Made by a program: the position numbers and the translations under genes
Source of the DNA: Macrostomum lignano
Taxonomy: Eukaryota
DNA: 64,000 bases
Direction: 5' to 3'
Assembly (NCBI GenBank): GCA_002269645.1
Contig: NIVC01001515.1
Span: 62,001 to 126,000, forward strand
The notes under the pieces: generated by a model
The model's database searches: none
What the model was told of the DNA's origin: nothing
Seen by the model: the letters and a program-made list of their open reading frames with translations, nothing else
Part shown: positions 53,130 to 63,981 of the stretch, in pieces
Numbering within the stretch: position 1 is the stretch's first letter
Layout of the letters: every line of letters begins with the position of its first letter

Positions 53130-53807
53130 TCATCTTTTTATGACCCTGTGGGAACTGATAGGATCTCCCGGTCACGTGATCTGGGTGGCAACTAGCTCAG
53201 CCAATCAGAAAATTCGGCGCTCGTTTTAACAAAACGGCTCAGCCAATCAGAATCGACGTGTTCCATTACAACAAATTGCGGTCCAGTTGGCGGCTATTTA
53301 AACCGGTGTTTTTGGCCCGCTCGGAGCTCAACTTGCTCGGGCCCAGCACGCAACTTCTGGTTCCCGGGGACCGTCGTTTCTTGATCCCCGCGGATTGCGA
53401 CTTCCCCCCATCATCATCAAGGACGAGTCCCCCGGTCGTCAGCAGCGAACATTAAAGTGAAGAGCATCACCTGCTACATGTAGCCATCAGCAAAGATTGT
53501 GACATCAGCATCATCCCGAGTCTACAGCTGCGAAGCATCGAGCCGATTCGGTCACTGTGGATTACCTGGTCTCTGGCTGTTGAGTTTCTGATTGGTTGGG
53601 TGAGAGGCTACCTAGACTTGCTTGATTGGGTGATCCCCTATCTGTCCTCTGTTTCAGTAGCTGAATTAAGCGCACATTTTTGCTCATTTTGTTTAGTAGT
53701 GCTGTTGCTGAGGCAGAAATCATTCAATAATACTGCTAGTAGTCCAAACTCCAATTCAATCTGAAGTGTGAAATGATCTGAAGGAGAAGGTTAATTAAAT
53801 CTAACAG
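53130..53807 (+). promoter_or_regulatory. Solo-LTR-like segment with duplicated CCAAT boxes and a TATA-like box
   Basis: ctcagccaatcagaa occurs twice (~53197, ~53238), followed by ctatttaaac at ~53294. The segment ends in ...tctaaca. No TSD found. Confidence 0.35.
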
Positions 53808-53926
53808 TTATTTTTATCGGTTTTGTTTCTTTGTTCGCCGATGGCTCAGATGAGTAGCTAAGATAGTAGGCGCCGGTCACAGTGGACCAATGGCAAGGCG
53901 GTTCTCAGTCGATCAATCTATCAAAT

Positions 53927-54818
53927 CAGTGAGCAAAACTGCCAGGAGTGCAGAATCGGCGCCAGAGATGTACTTTGTGCATTCTAGGTTCGCCAAGCGG
54001 CTCGGGTGATGAATCATGCGGTCTCGATCTGATGTTCGAGTTAGCCTATCAGCGCTATAGGAGAGGCTAGTTGGCGCGTTGAAGGCCAAAAGTGCATATC
54101 TTCGTATTTAGCAATGTACACGTACTACACGTAGCTACCCCGTAGACTCGCCACAACAAGAATCCCCTGCTGAAGTCCCCTACTGTACCTGCATGGCCAA
54201 TGCGATCAAGTCCCAGCAGTGTCCCTTATCATCGGCTATGACTTCGAGATTGACAGCAACTCACTGCACGTTGCTTAAGCAGCGAACATTAGAACCCCAG
54301 AAGGTGCAGGCCGTCACATGTCTGGTACATGTAATACTCTAGCCGATGCTAATGCAATGCGGATCTAATCCGCAGACTAAGCTAACCCGCTGCCACCAGC
54401 CCGTGCGTCCTGGCTCAACAAACCGGGACTTTCGAAATCGGGCTTCCGACTAGAGGGGGCTTTGCACGTACCTGCCAACTAGTGTCTTTTTGCTGTCAAT
54501 CTCGAAGTCATAGCCGATGATAAGGGACACTGCTGGGACTTGATCGCATTGGCCATGCAGGTACAGAGGGGACTTGTGAAGGGGATTCTTGCAGTGGCGA
54601 GACTATGGGGTAGCTACATGTACTGTTACATTGCTAAATACGAAGATATGTACTTTTGGCCTTCAAGGCGCCAACTAGCATCTCATAGCGCTGATAGGCT
54701 AACTCGAACATCAGATCGAGACCGCATGATTCATCACCCGAGCCGCTTGGCGAATCTAAGAGTGCACAGAGTACATCTCTGGCGCCGACTCTGCACTACT
54801 GGCAATTCAGTCTGACTG
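53927..54818. mobile_element. Foldback element: ~330-bp inverted arms (53927-54259 / 54490-54818) around a ~230-bp spacer
   Basis: The arms are reverse complements, with long perfect stretches such as gcatggccaatgcgatcaagtcccagcagtgtcccttatcatcggctatgacttcgagattgacagcaa. Confidence 0.9.
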
Positions 54819-55144
54819 CTGTTGTCTGTTGATGTTGTCGGCATGATTTAATTGGTTTGATTCAGATTTCATGTGATAATTGAATGAATTTGCAACACGT
54901 AATGATGAATAGTCTAATTTTTTAATACGATCAACCATATACATGTAGGCATGATAGAGACCCCAAGATACTTTAATTTCCAGTCATAGGATTTCAGAAG
55001 TCATAGGATTTCAGAGCCACAAAATTAAACGAAAAGTGTCGCAATATGTCGGACTAGGTACCCTTAAAATTTGTCTACTTGGCTTTAAAAAATCTCGAGT
55101 CAATGCGTGCAAGATCCAACGGCACTGACTAGCCTATTTCAGTA

Positions 55145-57073
55145 AGGGGATGTCAACTTAAGCACCAGAATGGAGCCCGAAGTTTAGCTCCAGACCAAAC
55201 CGACTGGAATCGATAACTTGTCGACCCAGACGACTAGAATCGCCGAGACGTCCCATCCGGGTCCCTTCCTTGGGATACCAGGGGATAAAGGGGATAAAAT
55301 GGGGATCTCATGTCAACTTAAGGCTCTAGAATGGAGCCCAAAACAAGGCTCTCGACCAAACCGACTGGAATCAGCAGATTAGACATTGTTATCGAGAACT
55401 CAATGGCAAAGTACAACCGGGCACATCCAGGTTTTGAATCATTGAAACAGCTGCCACCGTCATGGACAGGGCTATCGTTGTTCGAATTCGGTTAGAATTT
55501 CATGCGCCGAGTGTTCTTGTCCAACGAACTGGACGAAATTGAGCAGCTGCAATTCAACTGTGATCTGACGCGTGCTAACTCCTCTGCTAACACAAGGGCA
55601 TTGATTTCCGTCAATCCGCTGGTCCAAGGGCATGGAGATCCAAAAAGCTGGGGGTTCCCCCGAATTCACACAGAGAATTTGACAGAGGTTTCGGTGGGTT
55701 CGTATCAACTAAATCAAGCCGATGATTACATTCAAAACATTCGTGTCAAAAAGGTTCTCGGTAGCTATACGAAGGTGACTCCTGAAGAGACTTTCAGTCG
55801 CTCACATCCGAACATCTGAGCCACCTGAAGTGTTGGAAGTTTCGGCAAGAGTCGTCCTAGTCAGAAAACTGGAGCAACCTATTCGGTCGGTGGCATCCGT
55901 CTTGGATTTTTCTAGCTGTCGTTTTCTCGCGCCATGATTCGAAATCCTACCGCGTGATTCTTAGAGTGTGTGACAGCAGCGGACAATCGCTTTGGTTTTA
56001 GAGATCCAGGATTGCAACTTCTTCATGGCTACTATTCGTCTGCAAAAGCTGGAAATACGACTGCAGGCTGCGATTGTCATGTAATGGCAGTGCTCAAACT
56101 CCTGGGCTGCAACGCTTACCACCAAGATAGCTATCGAAGGTCTGGTGCTAGCCTTTGCTTTGTTGATTCCGCTCTTCCACGCAGGCTTGTTGGCAGACTT
56201 TATACCAGAGAAAATGCTTTACCACAGCAGCGAAGGCCTACTGAGCAACAGTCTAGCAGACAGCATAAGGAGTTACAGTCAGCCAGCAGCAGCTCACGAT
56301 CCAAGCCTCAGCCTTCAAGACTCTTTGGTCTTCAAAACCATGGTCAGCAGTGCTATACGCAATTGTTGTTGCACAACTGTTTCACTGCATCAGCAGCGAA
56401 GTCCAACTCCTTCAGCCGGTCAGAGGTAGAGCAGTGAACACCGCAATGACCAACCTGATGACATCTATGGCGACTGGACCAGCAAGCGTAGATCAACTTG
56501 TCAAAGCTATCCGAAGCCGATATCCGCAGCAGTTGTCGCCAAGACAGCAACACTGCATGAACGAGGTGCTACAGTGCATTCTGTCAGAGTTGCAGCTGCA
56601 GCGTCATTGCCTAAGCGAATTTATACTAACCGTACGTGCGGTAGTTGCCTGATTAGCACGGAGGAGCTGCTCATAGGAGTTCTGGATAATTGTATCCTCA
56701 GAATCTCCTTGCAGGAGTTTTCAACCGCACTGTTAACTCTAGACTGTCTCTACGCTGCTTTTACGTCACCAAAGCACGTCCCATGCACCAACACCAACTA
56801 TGCAGCTGATAGTGCGCTGGAAGCTCAAGTCTCTAACGGCAGAGTGACTCTGATGCAGAGTGTCCGGAGCTGAACTTCGGGCTCCATTCTAGAGCCTTAA
56901 GTTGACATGAGATCCCCATTTTATCCCCTTTATCCCCTGGGACCCCAAGGAAGAGACCCGGATGGGACGTCTCGGCGATTCTAGTCGTCTGGGCCGACAA
57001 GTTATCGATTGCAGTCGGTTTGGTCGGGAGCTGAACTTCGGGCTCCATTCTGGTGCTTAAGTTGACATCCCCT
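55145..57073 (+). mobile_element. 1.93-kb TIR DNA transposon (195-bp TIRs, TA duplication) carrying decayed PIF/Harbinger-ISL2EU-like transposase C-terminal sequence and a USP peptidase fragment
   Basis: 55145-55339 is the near-exact reverse complement of 56879-57073, and TA flanks both ends. Internal motifs: FPRIHTENLTEVSVGSYQLNQADDYI, FSRHDSKSYRV, GYYSSAKAGNTTAGCDCHVMAVL (SWIM-like), GLQNHGQQCY, QQHCMNEVLQCIL, TCGSC..EE, DCLYAAFTSP. Confidence 0.85.
56320..56870 (+). pseudogene. Frameshifted, C-terminally truncated ubiquitin-specific protease (peptidase C19) domain inside the TIR element
   Basis: Cys box GLxNxGxxCY, a QQD-box-like motif, fingers CxxC (TCGSC) and an L.DCL..FT.PE-like motif occur in the correct order over three frames. 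The His box is absent. Confidence 0.65.
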
Positions 57074-57076
57074 TAG

Positions 57077-57511
57077 GACATGAGCAATAAAAGTTGGCTC
57101 CATCTCGGGGCAAACATTTCTGACAATGGCAAATCGATGGAGCATCTCTTGAGCATTCCAACGACAACGAATAACGTCGAAGAAGACCAACCAGAAGGCT
57201 ATAAAAGTTCATCTAAATGTCTTGACCCCTGTATAGGCAAGGCAGATCCATGTAAGGAGATTCGGACGCAGTACTCTAACGGCTGCCAGCTGGCCTCAGA
57301 TGGACTAACATCTACGGGACATATGGCATATGACACGAAATTGTATCTGCTTTCTAGGTGGCGTATGATCGATTTTGGGACCCCCCTTTGTTCCGATAGA
57401 TCTGACGAAATTCAAGACCCTGTACTTTATTATAACGGTAGAAGCCATCGCCTTCGAAATCTGGGCTCTACTAGCCAGTCTAAGAAAGTGCAACAACACT
57501 TTGAATATTGA
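57077..57511 (+). CDS. Probable terminal exon of an unidentified gene, interrupted at its splice acceptor by the TIR element
   Basis: Stop-free 144-codon frame of non-repetitive sequence (KCLDPCIG..CKEIR..CQLASDGL..YLLSRWRMIDFGTPLC). The empty site rebuilds tttCAG-TAG|GAC ATG in frame. Confidence 0.4.
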   Translation, partial: DMSNKSWLHLGANISDNGKSMEHLLSIPTTTNNVEEDQPEGYKSSSKCLDPCIGKADPCKEIRTQYSNGCQLASDGLTSTGHMAYDTKLYLLSRWRMIDFGTPLCSDRSDEIQDPVLYYNGRSHRLRNLGSTSQSKKVQQHFEY

Positions 57512-58019
57512 TGAATATAGACAGATGTATAGATAGATATAGGTACTTCCAAAAAGGCTTCTGTGTAAACCAACTCCCCAAGACTTACATAAAGAAATTC
57601 CACTTTTCAGTTTCTTGACAAAACTAATAATTCTTACATGTAGATTAACATAGACGTTTTTGAGCCCTGAAATCTGGTGGAACAGAAAATAAAACTAACG
57701 CGGTCATGCAATATTTGAACCTGAATTCTGTAGTTGAATAAAGTTACAAGGAAAATCTTAAAAATCCCATTTTTTCCCTTCGTATAATGAGTTCAACTGC
57801 GGGACTTTGAACACTGCTTATTCACTTTATTTCCAGTCGTTTAGACCGGTTTTGCGGCAAAAGTACAATTTTTCATTTCTCTCGTCTTGCCAAAATCTCA
57901 GTTTTAGATTTACTTGAACTTACCTCAGCTAATTATAGAGTTCGTCGTATATGCCGGGTCAATCAACATGTACGTGCAATATTGCTACATACTATACATG
58001 CAGATTCGTTTCTGGAACC

Positions 58020-58450
58020 TTATGACAAGCTGTACTGTAAACACGAAGAAGACCGTCATGCTCTGCTTGCCGGGCGCCATTTTCTGCAGAGGTTCTGCTG
58101 ATGGGCCAGCAACGAAGCTTCCGTGTTGTCAGCAGTTCGTCTGCCTCGGCGATCAGAACTGACGTTCGTGAAGGTCTGAGCTGCCTTTCAATCTGTGAGG
58201 GCGGTCCTGCAGTTCAAGGCCCTATCTAACCACCAGAGGGTGGTCTAGGTATGGCCTACTACACTGTAGACTGAGTAGAGCTGTTTCAGGCAATGGTCGA
58301 GATCGTACTGCTGTACAGCGCCAAGATCTGGAGTTAGCTTCCAAGTCGCTTCCAGGCCCGAACTCGGCATTTTATCGACTACCTGCTCCCCCCAAGTCTG
58401 TGGGCGATGCGACCTTTCCTAGCGCCCAGGCTCTAAAGCGTGCCCTGTGG
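58020..58450 (+). mobile_element. Degenerate RTE-like non-LTR retrotransposon reverse-transcriptase C-terminal fragment
   Basis: VNTKKTVML...ADGPATKLPCCQQFVCLG and LFQAMVEIVLLYSAKIWS resemble the NxxKT..F.YLG and LF...V...LLYG.E.W thumb motifs. Stops and frameshifts are present. Confidence 0.55.
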
Positions 58451-58519
58451 CACAGGATTTTTTATCTGATACATTATTGTTGCGGTTATATCAGCTCTTA
58501 CATTCGGCTATCGTATGTT

Positions 58520-58886
58520 TTTTTTTTATTAGAGGCAGGGGGGTTGTGTGCACCCTGGCGCAATTTAAGCGTCATTGGCACACAACCGGCGAGAGGCATT
58601 ACTGCCCATTCCGCCGACTCCCCTGAGCAGGCATACAAGCGCGCGGATACGTTACGCAAGCACACACTCACACAGGAGTGTACAGCGGCCCTAACTTTAT
58701 CAATTGTTAGGCACGTACACTTCACTGCGCCTTGGGGGGGGGGGTTGGCTCTCAAGGCCGTTAATTGCACAAGCGAGCCAAGCCAAGATTCCAATCCAGC
58801 CCCAAATTAATGTGGCTGCACTTGGAATCGAGCCTGGGTCGCGGCACACCAGAGCAGCTGCGCTACCGCTGGGCTACGGCCCCCCC
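58520..58886 (-). mobile_element. tRNA-derived SINE (family 1), second full-length copy, 13-bp TSD
   Basis: Highly similar to 12702-13074. TSD gctatcgtatgtt at 58507-58519 and 58887-58899. Confidence 0.9.
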
Positions 58887-59600
58887 GCTATCGTATGTTA
58901 ATTGCAATCCTTTTGGACACCTCGACAGTGTAAATTTCAGCTCAATTTATACAGCCAAAAGAACAGACCAAATAATTACCGTCATTTTAAAGAAGCTAAG
59001 AAGGGTTGAGAAACAAACAAAAAAATTCCAATAGACAAATTTGGCGTATACTACATGCATTTTGCAAACTATACTCGTATTCTCGTTCATAATCAGAATG
59101 AACCAGAAAAGTCGCTCGGATTATTGCTTAGTTTGTGGCAAAAAAGAGAGCTAATAGTTTTTATTTATTGACGCTTATATTTCCATCGCAACCAGAAAGG
59201 TTATAGTGCTTCTAGCGGCAGCCTGTAAAACTTGTGGTACAAGATAACGGTTATATGACGTTGCCCGAGAATTATACATTTGCATTGTTTTTTACTTCAC
59301 CTACTTCAAGCATCGAGCTTCAAGTTTAAAACAGTTTTAAGTAAGGTAGAGAGTCGCGCTGATTTCAGAGAATGAAAATTGCATTTTTTAACAGTTAAAT
59401 GCGAGCTACGAGCGTATACGAGCATCAACGAGCGTATTAGCTTTGAATTGTTTACATAAATTCAATAGATTTGGCACACTTATTGTACTTTTTACAATTA
59501 AACTCAGTTCAACTATCCATAATTATGAAGCAGGAATTTTCAATATAGAAAGCAAATATAGCTAACCCACTTAACCAGCTTTCAAAAGTTGTTACGCTGA

Positions 59601-59910
59601 GGGGTTGTAGCCTAGTGCTTAGAGCATCGAACTCACGACTTAAGGTCGGGGGTTCGATTCCCGACTACACTGGTAGAATTTGTGTCCTCAAGCAAGATAA
59701 TAAACTCTGCGTTGCTTCAGTTCACCCAGCTGTCAAAATGGGAACCAGCAGCTGGGGTAATTGAGGGTGTGTGTGGCGTCCCCCCAGTCAATGGACTGAA
59801 CAGCTGTACGCAGCCTTCAGATGCGCTGCGCAATAGCTGCGGCTGTGCTGTCGGTTGCACATCTGGCCCAATCCGGCCAGGTGTAATCAATTACTAAATT
59901 ATTAATTATA
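59601..59910 (+). mobile_element. tRNA-derived CORE-like SINE (family 2), second copy
   Basis: GGGGTTGTAGCCTAGTGC A-box, GGTTCGATTCC B-box, CORE-like block and AT-rich tail. Collinear with 50428-50752. Confidence 0.8.
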
Positions 59911-59989
59911 AAGCCTCTGGAGACAAAAAATGTTGTGCACTAGAGATAAAAACGAGCTTTGCTTAACGAGTAATCTTTTGCACCCACAG

Positions 59990-60272
59990 AAACTTTCCCA
60001 AGTATACGTCTACTTGTCTAAATACATGAAAACTCGGGGCAGGCAGTGAAGGAAAAGCTGAATAATTCGTATCTTATGTGAAAAGCACTAAAAACAATCC
60101 AGCTATGTTCCAGCGAGCTCGGAAAGCGCAAAATACTATACTGCTTCCAACGATTGAACGTATCAGGGCTGTTACCGGAAAAGGGAAAGTAAAAAGAATC
60201 TGGTCCTTCAAACCCTCTTATACACGTAGATACAAGCCTCATTGGGCTGCAGAATATGAGTTAAATGATTGA
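59990..60272 (+). pseudogene. Decayed terminal exon of an unknown gene converging on the KDZ transposase
   Basis: Acceptor at 59989. KLSQVYVYLSKYMKTRG, then a frameshift and a stop, then FVSYVKSTKNNPAMFQRARK...KPHWAAEYELND*, which ends 35 bp from the transposase stop. Confidence 0.3.
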
Positions 60273-60307
60273 ATCAGGTCATTGCTGCTGCATGCGACAT
60301 TCACTCT

Positions 60308-63300
60308 TCAATCACTTTCTGAGCCTTCTTCGTCTTCTAGGTCTCCTAGGCTCGACGACGTTGAAGACTGATCTTCCCTTGCCAGGTCGATATATTCATC
60401 AAACGTATTGGGAGCGTGAAGGGTGCGCTGTACAGTCTCCACCTTGCGAAGAAGCTCTATGAACATCATTCTGAACTGAGCATCGAGGCCTTGAGCATCA
60501 CGAAACTGTGACTCCGCTTGAATCAGGCGGTGTTGCAAATCGTGTACCTCTTGGCGTAGCATGACGCCTTCCTCCTTGAGGCGGTCAGAACGACTGCTGG
60601 CATCGATGATGCGTTTGCGCAACAAGCAATCTAGTCCGCTCTGGCTCTGACCACAAGAAATGAAGACTTCGCCTTCAGGATCTAAGAAGTCTTTCATCGG
60701 TGCCCGCTGTGTAGGTGGAAGACTGCCAATAGATCTTCGAATCTTAATTCTCAGCTTCTCTAGGCGACGAACTATCAGCTGGCAGTCTCGTTGGCCATAG
60801 GCAGTACGCATTTTGCGAAGTAAAAACTGAGATTCGGTCGCGTAGGATCGCAGGCGCTCTAGAGCAGAAGCAGGCCTATTAGAAGCCAGGCGATCTTCCG
60901 ATAAAAATTGCTTGCCCAGTTCAATCAGAACGGCAACGTCGGATGCTGCAATGAAAATATAAGAAATAAAATAATGGGCTCTGCATATTTCTCTAGCAGC
61001 GTGAGCAGCACACGACAATGAAATGAGAATTTTGTATTAGCAGCAGACGAATAGACAAGAAAATTACACATGTTCGAATCTGCAAAAACTAAAAAACAGA
61101 GCGAGGTACCAAAGAAAAAACTTTACAGTCTCACCTTGTGGCACGGAAACTAACAGCTCCTTTAATTCTGTGCTTAGTGCGTCGGAATGCTTCTTGTGCA
61201 GGCGGAGCCGACAATTTAGCCAGTCTGCTACAGGAAGAAATAAAAAAGTATGACCGCTGTAACTACGTGAAACAAAATGCTACTACTTGAAACTTGAATG
61301 CTTTGTTTTAGTTGCATTGTTGATTTCTGGCTAATATTTAAACTTTGAAGCTCTAGTCCCAATCGACACTAGAAAATTTTTTATCCCCAAAATTGGACTT
61401 TGGTTCTTAGTCACTGAAGTACTGCGACTTTATATATTGATGAGAAAAGGTGTTTAACAATACCTGTATTTAGAAGCTGTGTCGCATTTAGATGCCTGAT
61501 AACATAGGCCAAAAAGAAAGTACGCCGGTCCAAGCGCATCTCTTTCAATTGTGGGCCATATGGTCGAAGCAAGGCGTTAATGCGCTCGCAGTGTTCGCCG
61601 TCGGTCAGACCGCAGCCTTCGACAACTCGAACAGAGTGACGCAGCTGGAAAGGTTCAGGAACAAAGATAACTTGGTTCAGACAATACTTTTGCTCGTGCG
61701 AGAGCCCACTGAATTCTCTGCAAACAACTGCTCGAGATAGTGCATGTATATACAGGAATCTGAAATACTTAAGAAAAGAGCATTCATTTTATACATGAGG
61801 TCACAGAAAGCACTGTCGATTGGAAGTTTTTTTATGAATGATCACAAAAACAAACGGGCTAAAATTCTAGCTTACGTAGCATATAATGAATAAATAGGCC
61901 TAATTAAAATTCTAACCTGACACTTTGTCTGATGACCGTAAGCGTGAAAGGCGTTCACTGCAGGCGTAATTCTTTCCGTCGATGTTGAGTCTTCCGCGAT
62001 GGCCTGCAATCGGCTCCCGATTTTGCAAGCAACATCATATATAAAAATAAGATTCCGTGCTGCTGGCTGGTTGCGTAGATAATACTTTAGGCAATATTCA
62101 GCATAGGCGAGACGCTCGCCATTTGACCGAATATCAGCACAAGCACCAATAAAATTGTGACGGCAGCTGATAGCGAAGAAACCGTGGATATCGAGTCCAG
62201 CTCTGCCGCCACGTACCAAGTCACCAGCATGAAAATTAGAACAAGCATCGTTTGTCTGGTTACTGGAAGCATCTGTTGATCTATTTTCCGGTACATGGAC
62301 AAACGGAGCTGGCAAAACTCCGTTAGATGGTAGAACGTCCTGTTTATTGCCGGCAGAGCTCTTGCGCCGAAGACCAAAAATGCCGTCAGCTGCTAGAATA
62401 GTAGGACGCTCGGTGCACTCCTAAACAATTAGAACCGTGGCGATTTTTACGACTAATGCAGATACGTTGCATAATAACATTTTTGCTAATTCAACAAACA
62501 AATGCGGTCGCTTTTTAGGACATTTAAAAAATAAAGTGCCCCGAACTTTTCTCAATTCTGCCTGTACAACTATAAAAAACAAGAAAGTGTAAAATAATTA
62601 TTATACTTACACTGTTTGGACACAGCATGCAATTCGTCGGCCAAAAAGTGACATCCAGAATTAACTGACGGTAGCGCTGCATAGTGCCATGACGATAAAA
62701 GGATTGATAGAGGTTGTTAAAATTCTGAAAATAGCAACATGTGAGTCATTAAACAAGTATTTAACCTTTGTTGTGACAATTTTTTTATTCATTCTAAGCC
62801 TAACAAGGCTTCATTCGAAAGTTTCCTCTATTTACGTATTAAGGAAAAAGGAAAGTCATGGACAGTATGCTCAGCTTACGTACCGTTAGCTGGGCCCTTG
62901 AAAATGTCCCAGAGAGCAGAATCGTCCGGAGAGCTTTCCATAACGACAATGTCCCTTCGCACATTAGACTGTCGATAAGTTCAAGCAATCTAATGTCCAC
63001 GAAAGAGACAGGATCCTGTTTGCTGATTGGGAAGTAGCCCTGCTTCAGGAGACTATCCGTCGAGCAGTTCGCACAGAGGGCAAAGTCAGCAGAGATTTCT
63101 GCAAAAGTCGAAAAAGTGTAAAAACACATCTCATGCAGAAAGAATGCATATTAAAGTACACTATAGGTTGAGAAGAGTTATATTCTTTTATTTCACGTGT
63201 AATATTACGTAAAGAATCTGATTCTGAACATCACCGAAAAATTATAGCAACTCTTACCCCCATGCTCGTCAATAAGCGAAATGGCGAAAGTGTGCCCAGC

Positions 63301-63981
63301 TACAGTCGACTCTGAGCAACAAGTCATCTTGGGCCTCGTTGGAGCTGCTTCGGTTGAAAACAAATTGCCCTAAGAGTTGAAAGGTAAAGAATTTACATTA
63401 CTTTGTGAGGGCACCAAATTTTCATTAATTTGATGAGCTGGCCTTAATATTCAATTATGGGAATGTAAGATATAAAATTAGAGTACTTAAAAATTGTGAT
63501 ACAAAATATAAAAGGAGTAAATTACATTCCACTCCAGGAATCGATGCGGAAGGAATTGACCATGTGACAACTCTTTGCAATCCGAGCAAAATTGGACTCT
63601 GCAGTTGCAGCAAAAAAATGTGGCGAAGTTGCATCGGCATCTAATACACATGGACTGCAGAAAGAAATACTTGAAGTTCAACGAATATGTCACAGGATTC
63701 TCCGAGATGTCCCAGGGGATGGTCGACGCCACTGTTGACTCTAGATCTTCTGACGAGTGTACTTCTGACGATGATGATGGAAATATATAATCAGCACCTT
63801 CGCCACGAACACCACTACCACGATCGCCTCCTCCTCTGCCACGAGCACCTCTACAAGGAGCGCCACCGCCATGAGCACCTCCGCGAGAAGCGCCACCGCC
63901 ACGAGCACTGTAGCAAATATAATGGTGAGTGCCTTCACCTCGGACCCCTCTGACATAAAGTTTCACGGCGTGCCTCCTCAT
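60308..63981 (-). CDS. KDZ (Kyakuja-Dileera-Zisupton) transposase with CxC-type zinc domains; at least 8 exons: 63981(or further upstream)-63526, 63369-63258, 63098-62884, 62724-62611, 62420-61917, 61644-61464, 61227-61135, 60945-60308; ~770 aa
   Basis: CxxC..A.F.C.NC...FCSDC...H...PHR..EWNG; C.NC....LLKQGYFP; C.LCP; ADGIFGL (D); CSNFHA; D..G....CRH; GE...Y; YDVAC (D); FHAYGH..CQ; EGCGLTDGEHCER (E); R...EE...L..E. All seven introns are GT-AG and in phase, with no internal stop. Confidence 0.9.

Noticed and set aside
55142-55148. 3-bp TWA (Harbinger-type) target duplication for the USP-TIR element
   Set aside because: The left flank reads TAA and the right TTA, so they are not direct repeats. 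Only TA is duplicated, so the superfamily is left open.
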